Below are positions 14,180 through 28,200 of a DNA stretch of 64,000 bases, piece by piece. The notes beneath the pieces are model-generated. The model had not been told where the DNA came from and made no database searches. It worked only from the letters and a program-made list of their open reading frames with translations. The position numbers were made by a program, and so were the translations under genes. The first letter of the stretch is position 1; each line of letters starts with the position of its first letter. The DNA comes from Nemertoderma westbladi. Taxonomy: Eukaryota; Animalia; Xenacoelomorpha. The DNA lies in the NCBI GenBank assembly GCA_032718475.1, contig JAUCBJ010001861.1, positions 62,001 through 126,000 of the forward strand, in the 5' to 3' direction.

Positions 14180-14605
14180 AAATCCCAAATTACATATTCC
14201 CAAATACCTTAATCCGAAATATTCCCAAATCTGAAATACCATATTCCCAAATCCCAAATACCTTATTCCCAAATACCTTAATCCCAAATACCTTATTCCC
14301 AAATCCCAAATACCTTTTTCCCAATACCCAAATACCTTATTCCCAAATACCTTATTCCAAAATCCCAAATACCTTATTCCCAAATACCTTAATCCCAAAT
14401 ACCTTATTCCCAAATCCCAAATACCTTATTCCCAAATCCCTTTTTCCCAATACCCAAATACCTTATTCTCAAATCCCAAATACCTTATTCCCAAATACCT
14501 TATTCCCAAATCCCAAATACCTTCCTTATTCCCAAATTCCTTAATCCAAATACCTTCCTTATTCCCAAATCCCATATTCCCAAATTCCTTAATCCTAAAT
14601 CCCAC
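14180..14605. repeat. TCCCAAA / TTCCCAAATACCTTA compound microsatellite (second copy about 15670-16060)
   Basis: 7-bp and 15-bp units are directly visible. Confidence 0.9.
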
Positions 14606-14860
14606 ATGGTATTTGCGTCCAGTTTCTCCCCCTGTCTCGTCCGGATAGGTCTCTGGTTCCCGGGTATTGAAAACATATATTTTATATACCCAGAGATCAG
14701 TGATTTTCCAATTAAAAATATATATTTATCTTGTACAACATAAAATTAAAAATTTTGATTTTTTTCACAAATATTTTTCTACTATATAAATAATTTTTAA
14801 CTAATTTTAACTTTAATAATAATTTTATATTCACTTATTACACTATTTTTAATCATGACT

Positions 14861-15379
14861 CTGCATAATCTTGTAACATGTATTAACTATCGTTTATTGT
14901 TTTGGTTCTACCTACCCGCCTCTATAACCTGCTCCTTTACTAACCTGCATAATCTTGTAACATGTGTTAAATATCGTTTATTGTTTAGGTTCTATCTACC
15001 CTCCTCTATCGCCCTCTCCTTTACTAACCTGTATAATCTTGTAACATGTGTTAACTATCGTTTATTGTTTTGGTTCCATCTACCCGCCTTTATAACCTGC
15101 TCCTTTACTAACCTGCATAATCTTGTAACATGTGTTAACTATCGTTTATTGTTTTGGTTCTATCTACCCGCCTCTATAACCTGCTCCTTTACTAACCTGC
15201 ATAATCTTGTAACATGTGTTAACTATCGTTTATTGCTTTGGTTCTATCTACCCACCTCTATAACCTGCTTATTTACTAACCTGCATAATCTTGTAACATG
15301 TGTTAACTATCGTTTATTGTTTTGGTTCTATCTTCCCGCCTCTATACCCTGCTCCTTTACTAACCTGCATAAACTTGTA
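14861..15379. repeat. 84-bp minisatellite, second block (about 6 copies)
   Basis: Same unit as 13022-13887. Confidence 0.95.
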
Positions 15380-17046
15380 ATACGTTTATTTACAGATTCA
15401 AAATCCCAAATTCCCTATTTCCAAAGCCCAAATTATTTACCCAAATTTCTTTATTTCTAAATCCAAAATTTCTTATTCCCAGATCCCAAAGGGACGCGTT
15501 GTTCAACTGAGCCCCGTCGGCGGAAACAGCCAGTGCCGCTAGTCGGTGGGGTTGACTTGTTTACGAGAGGCTTATTATGCGGCATAATGAGATACGCATT
15601 GCGTATCTTCTTCAGTCAACCAGTAATGGCCGATCAACAAATAAAAACCGATAATCACTAATATAATGGCAAATCCCAAATTACATATTCCCAAATACCT
15701 TAATCCCAAATATTCCCAAATCCCAAATACCTTATTCCCAAATACCTTAATCCCAAATACCTTATTCCCAAATCCCAAATACCTTTTTCCCAAAACCCAA
15801 ATACCTTATTCCCAAATCCCAAATACATTATTCCCAAATCCCAAATACCTTATTCCCAAATCACAAATACCTTAATCCCAAATACCTTATTCCCAAATCC
15901 CAAATACCTTATTCCCAAATCCCAAATACCTTATTCCCAAATCCCAAATACCTTATTCCCAAATCCCAAATACCTTATTCCCAAATCCCAAATTCCTTAA
16001 TCCAAATACCTTCCTTATTCCCAAATCCCATATTCCCAAATTCCTTAATCCCAAATCCCACATGGTATTTGCGTCCAGTTTTTCCCCCTGTCTCGTCCGG
16101 ATAGGTCTCTGGTTCCCGGGTATTGAAAACATATATTTTATATACCCAGAGATCAGTGATTTTCCAATTAAAAATATATATTTATCTTGTACAACATAAA
16201 ATTAAAAATTTTGAATTTTTTCACAAATATTTTTCTACTATATAAATAATTTTTTAATTTTTAACTAATTTTAACTTTAATAATAATTTTATATTCACTT
16301 ATTACACTATTTTTAATCATGACTCACACTAAATGTAATGGTAATATTCTATTTAATTAAGATAAATTAGCACTTTAAGAGTGTTCTTATTTAAGGATAA
16401 GTGTGATGAATATGAGCACAATGTTTAAAAGTAAAAGTAAAGGATGAACTCCTTTCACCTTGTTGTAGGATAGATATTATGGCGACCAAATGAAGAAAAC
16501 GGGCGTAACGAGGCTTTTAAAGGGGGGCGCATAGAGAACTACACCTGTGCACTAACTATATTCATTCGTAAATGACAACAAAAATTTGTACAAAAAAATG
16601 TAGAAAAAAAAAAAAAAAATTACAAAATTGTAGGCGAGCGAAAAAATTGTTCCGCTAGAAATTATTGAATAGATATAATTAATTATTACATAATACATCT
16701 AGGAAACACGAAAAGAACAATAACCACCCTGTTAGCTTCAACTGTTAAGTATACAGAATTAACAGTACCCGCCGCCCCCCCCCCCCCCCCCCCGCTCCCA
16801 AAAAAATATTATTATCTTAGTTTATACAATGTACTGTATATATTATAGGTTTATTTAATGCAGATCAACTTACAGTAACTCACTGCCATATCGTGGGCAA
16901 ATAAAAATAATATAAAATATAAATTGCACCAAAAAACACTAATCTAAAAAGTAAATGAAAATTCTTAAAAATAGTTGGTAAACGTTTAAGCGATAAGTTT
17001 AATTCACAAATCAGGTCGGGCAGTTCCTTTCATATTTTCTCTCAGT

Positions 17047-19002
17047 TCAATCAACTTCTTCTATAGTTGGTCCATTCGATGTTGAAGCACCAGGATTCCC
17101 CGAAGTCCGAGGGTCGCCTCCGCCAGACATGCCATTAGCTGGTTCTCCTGCACCACCGCATCCATTCTGATACAGCCGAGATATTATCGGATGGGAGACC
17201 TTCTCCAATTCTTTCTGATGGTAAACAAACTCGTCTTTCTCTGCCGATTGGTTTGAATTAAGCCATTGTATGGTCTCCTCGCATTTATCTAACACAATCT
17301 TCTTATTCTCCTGCGATATTTTATCTTTAACTTTATTATCTTCTACTGTTTGCTTTACGTGGTAAACAAATGATTCAAGTCCGTTTTTCGATTGAATTCT
17401 TTCAGCTTGAGCCTCATCGTCTGCCTTAAAGTGTTCGGCTTCATCGACCATCCTCTCAATGTCAGCGTTACTAAGACGTCCCTTATCGTTGGTTATTGTA
17501 ATTTTATTCTCCTTACCGGTCGATTTATCAGCTGCAGTAACATTGAGGATTCCATTGGCGTCGATATCGAATGTAACATCAATCTGAGGTACCCCTCGTG
17601 GAGCCGGAGCTATTCCAGACAACTGGAACTCCCCAAGTAGGTTATTGTCCTTAGTCATTTTTCGTTCCCCCTCAAATACTTGAATGAGAACTCCAGGCTG
17701 ATTGTCGGAGTAGGTAGAGAAGGTTTTCGTCACTTTCCTCGGGACGGTTGTGTTTCTGTCAATTATTGCTGTCATAATTCCCCCGGCAGTCTCAATACCC
17801 AAAGAAAGTGGAGCCACATCCAATAGGAGAACATCTTTAATTTCGGTTGAATTATCATTGGATAGAATAGCTCCTTGAACGGCAGCCCCATAGGCCACAG
17901 CCTCATCTGGGTTGATGGACTTACATAGATCTTTACCGTTGAAGAAGTCGCGTAACAGCTTCTGGATCTTGGGAATACGAGTGGACCCACCGACAAGAAC
18001 CACATCGTGAATGTCGCTCTTGTCGAACTTCGCATCGCGTAACGCCTTCTCTACGGGTATCAGCGTGTCACGGAATAGATCAGCGCAAAGTTCCTCGAAC
18101 CGCGCTCTCGAAACCGACGAATAGAAGTCGATCCCTTCGAACAGCGAATCGATCTCAATGGAAGCCTGCGTGCTCGAGGACAGTGTTCGCTTAGCTCGTT
18201 CGCAAGCCGTCCTCAGTCGTCGTACGGATCGCTTGTTATAACTTATGTCTTTCTTGTGTTTCCTTTTGAACTCCTGAATTAAATGATTAACAAGGCGGTT
18301 ATCGAAGTCCTCTCCCCCCAAATGGGTGTCCCCGGCGGTTGACTTCACCTCAAATATTCCGCCGTCTATGGATAGTGTGGAAACATCAAAGGTGCCGCCT
18401 CCAAGGTCAAATATTAAGACGTTTTTCTCCTGCTGGGTTGTCTTGTTTAACCCGTAGGCAATAGCCGCAGCTGTTGGTTCGTTTATAATTCTTAGAACAT
18501 TGAGGCCAGCTATAGCTCCAGCATCTTTAGTAGCTTGTCGTTGACTATCATTGAAATAAGCGGGAACAGTAATAACAGCGTCTTTAACTGTTTTGCCAAG
18601 ATAAGCCTCTGCGGTATCTTTCATTTTAGTTAAAATCATAGAACTGATCTCTTCGGCGAAGAAAGATTTCATTTCGCCTTTGTATTCCACTTGAATCTTT
18701 GGTTTTTCGCCATCCGAAATAACTTTGAAAGGCCACAATCTGATATCACTTTGTACAGTTCGATCATCGAATCGTCGACCAATCAAACGCTTTGCATCGA
18801 ATACTGTATTACTTGGGTTTAGAGCCACTTGGTTTTTCGCGGCGTCGCCAATTAATCGTTCTGAGTCAGTGAAAGCGACGTAAGATGGCGTAGTTCTATT
18901 GCCCTGGTCGTTGGCAATTATTTCGACTTTACCGTGCTGGAAGACGCCAACACAGGAGTAGGTCGTCCCAAGATCGATACCAATCGTCGGAGCTTTAGAC
19001 AT
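17047..19002 (-). CDS. HSP70: Cytosolic heat shock protein 70, intronless, likely inducible (651 aa)
   Basis: Signatures [20 protein letters not shown] and [15 protein letters not shown] are present, with C-terminal GPTIEEVD. Confidence 0.98.
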   Translation of the reverse strand: MSKAPTIGIDLGTTYSCVGVFQHGKVEIIANDQGNRTTPSYVAFTDSERLIGDAAKNQVALNPSNTVFDAKRLIGRRFDDRTVQSDIRLWPFKVISDGEKPKIQVEYKGEMKSFFAEEISSMILTKMKDTAEAYLGKTVKDAVITVPAYFNDSQRQATKDAGAIAGLNVLRIINEPTAAAIAYGLNKTTQQEKNVLIFDLGGGTFDVSTLSIDGGIFEVKSTAGDTHLGGEDFDNRLVNHLIQEFKRKHKKDISYNKRSVRRLRTACERAKRTLSSSTQASIEIDSLFEGIDFYSSVSRARFEELCADLFRDTLIPVEKALRDAKFDKSDIHDVVLVGGSTRIPKIQKLLRDFFNGKDLCKSINPDEAVAYGAAVQGAILSNDNSTEIKDVLLLDVAPLSLGIETAGGIMTAIIDRNTTVPRKVTKTFSTYSDNQPGVLIQVFEGERKMTKDNNLLGEFQLSGIAPAPRGVPQIDVTFDIDANGILNVTAADKSTGKENKITITNDKGRLSNADIERMVDEAEHFKADDEAQAERIQSKNGLESFVYHVKQTVEDNKVKDKISQENKKIVLDKCEETIQWLNSNQSAEKDEFVYHQKELEKVSHPIISRLYQNGCGGAGEPANGMSGGGDPRTSGNPGASTSNGPTIEEVD

Positions 19003-19200
19003 TGTTATCTTCTGTTTGTAGTATATTAACTGATTCTAAGTCAAGGTATCCAAACAGTATTTATCAAATTATATACACAAATACAATATTTTTAGATTTA
19101 GTTAAAGACAAAGTAAAGTTTTTTCTCTATTAATTTAAGAAATTTAATTGTATCGATAATTATTTTAAAATTTGTTATGAAAACTCACAATAGGAAGGGG

Positions 19201-19269
19201 TTATATATAGTTCTCTATCCAGATCTCGAACTTTCGAGAATCACAACTTAGAACAATCTGGAACTTCCA
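19201..19269 (-). promoter_or_regulatory. HSP70 promoter: TATA box plus heat-shock elements
   Basis: CTATATATAA on the minus strand at 19210-19201. Perfect 3-unit HSE cGAAc-tTTCg-aGAAt at 19227-19241 and imperfect HSE aGAAc-aATCt-gGAAc-tTCCa at 19250-19269. CCAAT/ATTGG boxes lie further upstream (about 19292-19431). Confidence 0.88.
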
Positions 19270-21392
19270 TTACTGCACAGTATAATTTTATCCAATGAAT
19301 GAGCTAGAATTGTTTGGCTTACAATAAAGCCTAACTGCTATTGGTTGAATGGAATTGGAAGGAATTATTTTCTACGAACTGTAGAATGGATGGCATTACA
19401 AACACCAATTAGTTAGTCTCCTAGCTTATTGGTTGGAAGGAATAATATAGAAGGAAACGTCATTGACTTGACATTAATTAATAACGCTGCGTAATATTTC
19501 GCAAAATTATCCTAGTTTCAGCATGATAACTGAATTACACTGAAATTATTATAAAGTATTATAGAAAGTAATATACTGAAATATTGGTAGCATAACCAAA
19601 CAGTTAACAGGTGCTAAAAAAAGCTACAGAATGTGCAGAATGGTACAGAATATAAATGTAATATAACAAAACATCCATAAAATATTGTAATGTGATATAT
19701 TTCTAAACAGTTACTGTAGGACGAACACTTAGCAGAGTAAACTGCTCTTTGGGGCCGTTTCCCAGGTTGCGGATCGGGATAACATTTCACACATCGCACG
19801 ATTGTGATTGTGATTTGTCTGCTTATACGAGTGTGTATTACATTAGACGGGAGGCAGTTTGTTTGGTTGATGCAAGTCATTATTGGTCTGCATCTTCCAA
19901 TCCCATCTGTTTCTTGGAGTCTGTGTGATGCATGCTCGTTACGGGGGCGGCGACAGAATCCATATACTGAGAGGTCAGCCTCGGGCCGCTCAGTATACGT
20001 GCAGGTTGGGGGTGCCGGCGGTACGCAAGTACACACCACCTTCACGCCATGCCTGGCCCGGGTATGGTCATTACGGTCTTTGGTCAGAGGACGCGCATAC
20101 GTTGACCACCACTGTTGCACACACGGATGACTATTAACACACACTCACACCGAATACACGAGGCATACAAGGACGGCAGATAAACTGTGAGTTATGCATC
20201 ACCGATATCTATATTTATTTAGTAATGTTATTTATTATTTATTTTGCAGGACGTAAAACCAATTAAGTCTTCTAATCTATTTGTTGATTTTAATTAGAAA
20301 TTAATTAATTAGACATGTTTATGGTATCCTGGCAGATCAATCATAATCAAACCTGGTGAATTGTTTATCTTATAGTGAACAACATAATATCCCATTAATT
20401 AACATAAACAGTTATCTCCCAGAAGAGACCTTGAAACCATAAAATTAACCTTATAGCCAATGGGTGTATTGTAGGTTTATTACCCTTATGCCGCCTGACT
20501 TAAAAACTCTTAATAGAACCAAGGCCAAGTCATCCCGGAGGCAAAGCAAACCAGTAACCTTAAAAATTCAATATACAAGTAGTGGACAGAATCCCATTGA
20601 GTAAGCATAGGCCTACCCCCTATAAATCTCAGATAGACCCTGTGATAAAATGTGAGATAATTACTTAATGTTAATAAAACCTCATAACCAACCCCTGGAT
20701 TTCCATGAATATATATTGTTACACGATATGGCACTACAAACACTTAGCCAGACCACTACGTCCTAATAGACATCCTTTATAACTCTGAACTATAGTATTA
20801 TTAAACCATAGTTATTCAGACCCCCCCCCCCCCCTCTCTCCCCCCCCCCCACCAAATTCCTTGCTCCCACTAATGCTATATTTAATTTTTTAACAGGAAA
20901 CCTAGTAATGCAACAACTTATGAAAACATATGATATGATTTCTTTTGCAGCCCCATTCTGGCCAATCATTTATTATTATCTTTATAACTTTCACAAACAC
21001 AATGACAGGACTCGGTCAACTGTGTGCAACCTTGTCGGATTCTGGAATGACTTATCCTCCCAGATAAGATCATCTCTGGATCTCTAATTCCTACGAATTA
21101 GGGAACCGTTAATTATGAATAAACTGTAGGACGAAGGACAAAGTAAACGAGCTTTACATACCGGTACCCTAAGGGTAACGCTGTTTCAACCATTTCCTAT
21201 CGGCCGGTCTTTTTGTCTGCAAAACTCAGTCAATCTTTGATGAAATTAATCCAAACTTGGCGCACATACAGTTTGTCAAAAGTCTAAAATATTATTTGCG
21301 TGGGGGGACTCTGCTGTTGTTCTACGGCGTCCCGGGAGAGGGCGACAAGGCATCACAACTATTGAAAAAAGCGATATTTGAGTTCACTCATT

Positions 21393-21720
21393 TAGTGGGG
21401 TTAGTGTCTTGTGCATATACATACGTGTTGGAAATAGTATACATAGTGGGGTTAGTGGACATAATGGGATTAATGGACATAGTGGCGTTAGTGGAAATAG
21501 TAGGGTTAGTGGACCTGGACATAGTGGGGTTAGTGGTCATAACGGGGTATTAGTGTTAAATCCATTAAAAACATCACCTTCTTTCATTACGCCCAATATC
21601 CATTTAAAAACTTTAACACCATTACGTCCAAAGTACACTAAGACCATTCTCATGGTATTTGCGGTCAATTTGCGCTGGAGATAATTTTTTTCACTTGCGG
21701 TCAATTTGCGCCACTATGTA
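21393..21720. mobile_element. Candidate MITE with internal 19-bp repeats (CATAGTGGGGTTAGTGGA-like)
   Basis: An 8-bp direct repeat CACTCATT flanks it (21385-21392 and 21721-21728). The short inverted ends TAGTGG/CCACTA are imperfectly positioned. Confidence 0.45.
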
Positions 21721-22079
21721 CACTCATTAGAGGTCGGATTCTCATACACTGGCCTTACTAGCCAGTTTAAGATGGTTTTTGTGTAAGTTACACTTTAATT
21801 ACCGATTTAATTTCATTTAACGTTGAAATTTAGTTAGTCAGCCCGCATTTAACTAGTCATGGTAGAACTTACTTCGGTCAAAGTACCATATAGTTTGCCC
21901 GAGAGGAACAAAGTAGAATGCTGTAGTACTGGAAGGTTGAGTGGGCTCTGAGTCTATTGAATTTATTATCACTCTGAAGGTCGTGGGTTCGATCCCCGCA
22001 TTGTGGCCACGTAGTTTTCGTTTAGACACAAATGCTTTAAACAGACTAGCCAGGGCGCATCTCTGCCTAGCATAAAACT

Positions 22080-22590
22080 ATTTTATTCTTAAATTGTTAC
22101 TTTTACGCTCGAATATACCCAAAATCGGAAGCAAACGGTTCTGACACACTCAAAAGTTATAATAACTTTAGTGTCTGCAACGCGTACTCCAAAACGGAAC
22201 TCAATATCCAATATTGGTTTATGTAGTTAAGCGGTTCTCTAGTTACGTAATAAATATTAGAGAATACTAAATTATTGTAACGATGAGTAAGGCAGCATTA
22301 GGAGTTGAGAGTACAATAATTTAAATCGCAGTAACCATGGAAGCAATGTAGTAAAATGCTACAGTTCAATATATTTTGTAACACTATATAAGTCTATGTT
22401 TTATTAAAGAATTGAGCAACAAACAAGTACCAATTTAAAAATAAAATTACGTACTACATTGGAAGAAAACGTAGAACATATTTTTTCAATATTCTCTCGT
22501 CCCATTATTAACTTCGCTCGGTAAATAAAATGCCTCGAGAATAATGAAATAAAGTTCTCCTTTTTTTCCTTGTAAAAAATAATTATTACT
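22080..22590 (+). repeat. Dispersed ~0.9-kb repeat family, copy A (internally deleted)
   Basis: Shares CCAAAACGGAACTCAATATCCAATATTGGTTTATGTAGTTAAGCGG and flanks with 31858-32763 (-) and 53749-54937 (+). Confidence 0.85.
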
Positions 22591-23970
22591 TTTGAAAAGT
22601 GAAAACATGGTAGTCTTCACATTATTTAAAGTGTAGAACTATAGAACTACTGCAAGCAAGGAGGGTAGACTAGGCAATAGATATGCCAAACTACTTTCAA
22701 TAATCTTAAATGGTTTATTAAACGATTAACAAACATTAAATATTGTAAATATATATATATAGGCCATCTAATAAAATACATTGAATATTATAATCTCTAT
22801 TAATATCTCAAAATCGGTTATGGGGTTTTCATGTCCGGTGTCAGTTTTCATGTTTGACGTCATCCAGTCTGTTCAGCTGGCGGTATATTTTGACGGGCGT
22901 GACGACTCTGTCAAATGAAAAAACTGACTTCAGAAATAGAATCAACGACCCGGAAAACCGTTGCTAAAAATTTTCAGCGTGTGCGTTCTAATATGTCAAA
23001 AAAGTTTCAAATTTTGGTATATAATGGCAAAATGTATAATAAAGTGCCAAAAAAATGTTTTTTTTAAATAGCTTTTGAACATGAGCAATGAGCATTTATC
23101 AAAATTCCGGTAATAAAGTAATACATGACCCCATTGTGCACAAATTATGCATTTTTGGGCACAATCCATCTAAAGATTTTGGATTTAAAAAAATATTTGG
23201 ATAAATTAAGATAATCATGTAAAAAATTAACAATTCCGAAAATTTTTAAGTGTGGAAAACATCAATAAATTTGGATAAAATGAAGTCTCCTAAATAAGGG
23301 GATCTAAATTTCAAATCAATTAGTCAACCCCCCCCCCCCCCCCCCCCCCCCAAAGAGAAGGAGAGACCACGCACGCATCACAATGCAGGGATTCTGCGTT
23401 GCTTCCTGAACCGTTTACTTATGTTATAAACCCAATTCCAGAATAAAATTCTAATAATATAGTTCGTATAGCATAACAATTTAACAACATTTGTACAGTA
23501 GCATGGAAGGAAATAAACCATTTCCTATTTTAATGTCAAAACAATTGGAATAATCCGAGGTTACAAAGAAAAATCAAAATATTTATTTTCAAAGCTAGGG
23601 AGGGTTGCCCGAACATTAAGCATACGTCCCCTTAAAACATTCTAGTTATGAGCCGTACACACATTTAAAAAATGATATTTCTTTAGGTAAAAAAAATATG
23701 TTATTTTAGGTATGGATGGATTCAATGTAATGCTTTCATTGGTTTCACCGGATAGCACATGTCTCCCAAAATACCCACAGACTCCTGCAAAATAACAAGC
23801 ATGAATGCCAAGTGGGATGTTTGAATCTTTAGCTTCATCTTAAATAGAGGCAGATGCACTGAAAGTAATAATTAACCGGATTCCGCATCGAATAAAAATT
23901 GCCACTCAAACCGAAATGAATGATTTTGTGGGTTATAGAAGCATTCAAAATGAGAGTACTGCAAGTACAG

Positions 23971-25158
23971 TAGGGATGCGACAGAGCTCCGGCCCCTCCG
24001 GAAATCCGGAGCTCCGGGCCAATTTTCTAGTTCCGGCTCTGGTTCCGGCTCCGGGCAAATTAACCCGGAGCCAATCCGGAGCTTATGTTGTTGAAATTTG
24101 AATTAAAATAATAAGTTTTTCTGATGTATGAATAATGTAAATATCATAGTAATTAACATAATAACTCATTAAGTAATTTACAGCTTGTTTTTTTAAGTTT
24201 CCTGATAACCCCCCACCCCCCTTGTGAAATTGTTTAAATGTTTAAACAAAAACATTGAAATGATTCAGTTAATTCAATTAATATTCTTCCCTAATTAAAA
24301 ATATTAAATACTGTACATGTACTCCCGTTTCGTTCGTCAGTCTAGAACCCCAATTCCACTGACCCCCACCCCCCATCCACAACAGGTTGGTACTGTTCAT
24401 GTCGTTTTTTCAGTCGAGAAGGGTGCAGGTTATATAGTGACGGACCGGTATTATTCTAACCAAAACAATAAACGAGACTCGATAGCACATGTTACAGATT
24501 AATTTTATACTAGTAATCATAGCTGTTGTAACTAAGGATCTATTGTCGCAGGACATTATGTCACGGGACCTAACGACTATAGGACCTATGACGTATTACC
24601 TGACATAAATTATAGACATAATTAGCGATGGTCATAATAATGTCCTGCGTTGTTTTGATGTCGGTAGAGTAGCACCCCCCCCCCCCCCCCCCAATATAGT
24701 TTTTTGGCTTCGTCACGATACCCATTGGTTGATGTACCCTTTTACAGCAGGGAGTCTTTGGACGCAATATAAATTCATCCCTTCCCTCTCCAGGGGAAAA
24801 TCGACGCATATAACTGCTGATTACTACAAAAAAAACTGTAACCTGTTATATTGAATATAGTTAGTTTATTGTTTTGATTATAATAGTATGCGACTGTAAA
24901 TTGCTCATTTCCCTTAATTGATAATTTAACATTGAGGCGAGATATTAATTCGCCGCGTAAGAAATTGCATCAAACCCCCCCCCCCCCCCCCATGTCTCAT
25001 GGACACATATCTGTTTATGTCTACTATAATAATACACTGGAATTATCAATCACCAAACCTCCGGCTCCGGCTCCGTCTCCGGCCGGAGCTCATATTGTAA
25101 TCCGGAGGAACCTCCGGGCTCCGGCTCCGGATGAAATTTTAGCTCTGTCGCATCCCTA
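23971..25158. mobile_element. hAT-type MITE
   Basis: 18-bp TIR TAGGGATGCGACAGAGCT/AGCTCTGTCGCATCCCTA, perfect 8-bp TSD AAGTACAG (23963-70, 25159-66), and subterminal CTCCGG/CCGGAG repeats. Confidence 0.9.
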
Positions 25159-25619
25159 AAGTACAGTGATTAAATCTCAAATCAAGTGACTGATCGATAT
25201 AAAAAGGTGAAATTGTTACAAAAGTAGGTACCGGTATGAGTACCTGTGTGTATTAATTACAAAAATCCAATGCCCAAAAAATCTGACAATATTAACACTT
25301 TCAATTACATGTGTAAATACAATTTGTAGTCCAAAAAAAAGATGTTATCCCGCCCATCATATTTGTTCTCAAAATTCTTGATCCCAAAAATTTGACTCGT
25401 ATGATGAACTATTGGGGTTTTTAAACAAAAACAAATAAATATATTACACAACTCAATACAACAAGCCAAATTTGATGATGTGAAAAATCTTCGCTAACAC
25501 TAGTGTACAATGGAATTCGTGGAATTGAACAATTTTAGCACTAGTTCTACCTATATCGGGGAATTTTTGATATATTAAAAATTGTACACCACTTCTAGTC
25601 TGCACAACAGTGTGTCGTG

Positions 25620-26630
25620 CAGGGTTGATAAAAATCATGATTTTTTAAAAAAAATCAAAAATATCAGATTTTTTTTTATTTAAATCAGATTTTTATGATT
25701 TAAATCGGGTGACTACAAAGCAAAGACCCAATTAACAAAGACCTGTACAAAACACATCTGTTAACTTTCGTTTATTGTTTTGGTTCTCCCAACACTCTTC
25801 TGTAACCTGCTCCTTTACTAACCTGCTCCTGTAAATGGCAATGGGACCTAATGCCTGCCCTTTGGGACGTAACGCATCTTTACCTCTTTGTTTTGTAGAG
25901 TTCCCAAAGCTCGTTAGGTTACATTGCCATTTAAAGGAACAGGTTTGTAAAGGAGCATGTTACAGAGGCTTGTTGACCAAAACAATAAACGAAAGTTAAC
26001 ACATGTTACAAGATTAGGCAGGTCTTTAATCCAATCCCGATTCCGACTTTTTTGGAACGGGATCCCGAAGTTTAAAGTGTTAAATAAATTTGTTGAACAT
26101 CTAAAAAAAAGTTCCAGCAGAACCGAAATGTTTTAATTTTTATTTCAGTAACCCATCCAGTAATCATTTATAAGATAATTTTAATATAACTTTATCTTAC
26201 TAATATTTCAGAAGTGTAAAATAAAGTGAGTGTTACCGAAAACCCGCCACATATACTATGAAGTTTAATGAATTTAATCCAAAATTACACGGGATCTCGA
26301 GAGTGATAATCCCGGTCCCGATCCCGGAAATCCCGAAAAGTCTGAATTCGAATATAAACTAAATAAACAACAAACTGAATAGGACTCTAAACTACAACTT
26401 AATTAATGGGCCTGTGTATACTGTATAGTATTACAAATGCGAGATGATACTGTATTTTCATGTAAATATTTAGGTAATTTGAATCATTTATTAATAATCA
26501 TTAATGCAATGTTTATCCTGGCCTTAAAGCATGGTTGATAAAATTCATGATATTAAAAAAATCAAAAAAATCTGATTTTTTTGATTTTTATATGTGATTT
26601 AAATCAAATGATTTAAATCAAACAACCCTG
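25620..26630. mobile_element. hAT-type MITE
   Basis: Termini CAGGGTTG/CAACCCTG, perfect 8-bp TSD GTGTCGTG (25612-19, 26631-38), and subterminal GATTTAAATC-type repeats. Confidence 0.88.
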
Positions 26631-28200
26631 GTGTCGTGCAGCAAATATTTACTGGTGCACACCGGTGGTTGGTATCAAAAACAAGCATAAAAAATACAAA
26701 TTACGCATTTTAGGTATATACATTGCTTTGCATGGACGGACTCCAACCAATACATAATTGAAGGTTTGCTAACTAGGCTTGATTTGGGTGGGTACCAAAT
26801 ATGGGTACCTCAGCAAGAGTAATCTATAGTTCTAAAATTAAAAATTAAATAATCAGGCGCAGCCTAACTATTCACATTATACCAAGTTAAGCGTAGGTAT
26901 TGTACATTGACAAGAGTTGTTGACATGATAATCAAATTACCCCGGGTGATCTTGTCGGTTGACGGATTTGGTTTAATGGTAGTTTCTTCCTAACGTAGTG
27001 TTAAAAACTTAAAATGTAAAGAAAAACTTACCCAATTCCTTTATTCATAGCCGATGGTGAAGAATATTTGTCAATAGCCATAAAACGGTACCTCAATCTC
27101 CAGATTTCGGTTATGATACTGCAGTGCAGTTAGTAGGTCTAGTATTAGTATAGCTGACCCCCGGTTGGCTGCTTGGGTTCTAGATATCCAATAACGTTTC
27201 TGTACCCAGTTTATGGTTGACAGCGCCTGGTTGATTGCTGATCAGCCTGTCGCAGCAACCCGAAAACAAAGCCGAAATATACAATATAACTAACTGTCTT
27301 ATAGGTCTATCAGTCCTGCAATCAATACAGAATACGGTCAGACGGTATACAAAACAAATATATGTACCTACTGAGATGAGACGGAGATATATTATATTCC
27401 GCGTTCTTAAAACTGCTCAACTGGTAGGCCTACATTACATACAGCAACCGCTGGTGAACATACTCAAATTCGTAAAATTACATGGCAAGAAAGCACAAGC
27501 TTAAGGTGCCCATAAAACAGCAAATTAACATAGGAAATATAAACCCAATATCGTAACACGTAAACCAGTAGGCCTAAATGGTAAATAAGTAGCATTATCA
27601 AGTAAACTTTAAACTTTTGAAATCAAGTAAAAGTTATATTAGCCATCGCAGCCTAGGGAAAAGGCTAAAATAAGGCTAAAAGTGACCACACTTTCAAGCA
27701 TATAAATAGGTTGATTTAACGGGCTAAAGTTGTGCTTTCAGATAAAATTATTGTTAATATTGAACTTGAATTACGGAGAAAATTGAATTGAATCTGTCAA
27801 AATTAAGTTGAAGCCATAAAAGGTTAAAAATAACGGCAAGAAGTAAGTGTCGATAGAACCAATTGCAACTGTGTTCTGGTATTAAAGTTCTGACATTAAA
27901 ATTTCCGGTAGAGTTAGAAAAATGTTATAAAAAGTACACAATGATCAATAATTTAGGTTACGTATGAACAATGAATAGGCCTAGCCCTAGGGCTATGATG
28001 ATTATAATAATAACAGTACCGGTTCCGGTATTAATTAAAAATTATATTGGGATATGCAGATATGGAAACGGTACGGAATAATAATGAATACGGTACGGAA
28101 TAACGGAAACGGTCGTCAGGTATAGTACCGGTAATCAGGTAATCATCTGATTATTGAGTGATAACTTGAACAGTTGAAGGCGTTTACATACTGAAGTGAC

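Larger units (their letters stand above)
13380..16324. repeat. ~1.5-kb tandem segmental duplication (about 13380-14860 and 14861-16324)
   Basis: Both copies contain 84-bp repeats, the same GC-rich spacer (about 14000 and 15490), a TCCCAAA/TTCCCAAATACCTTA microsatellite, and an AT-rich tail ending TAATCATGACT. Confidence 0.92.

Noticed and set aside
13333-15875. ORFs over the 84-bp and TCCCAAA repeats
   Set aside because: They are translations of tandem repeats with no protein-family features.
21973-22010. tRNA gene (GGTTCGATCCC B-box; similar site at about 56320 on the minus strand)
   Set aside because: No cloverleaf or A-box could be built. At most these are decayed SINE heads.
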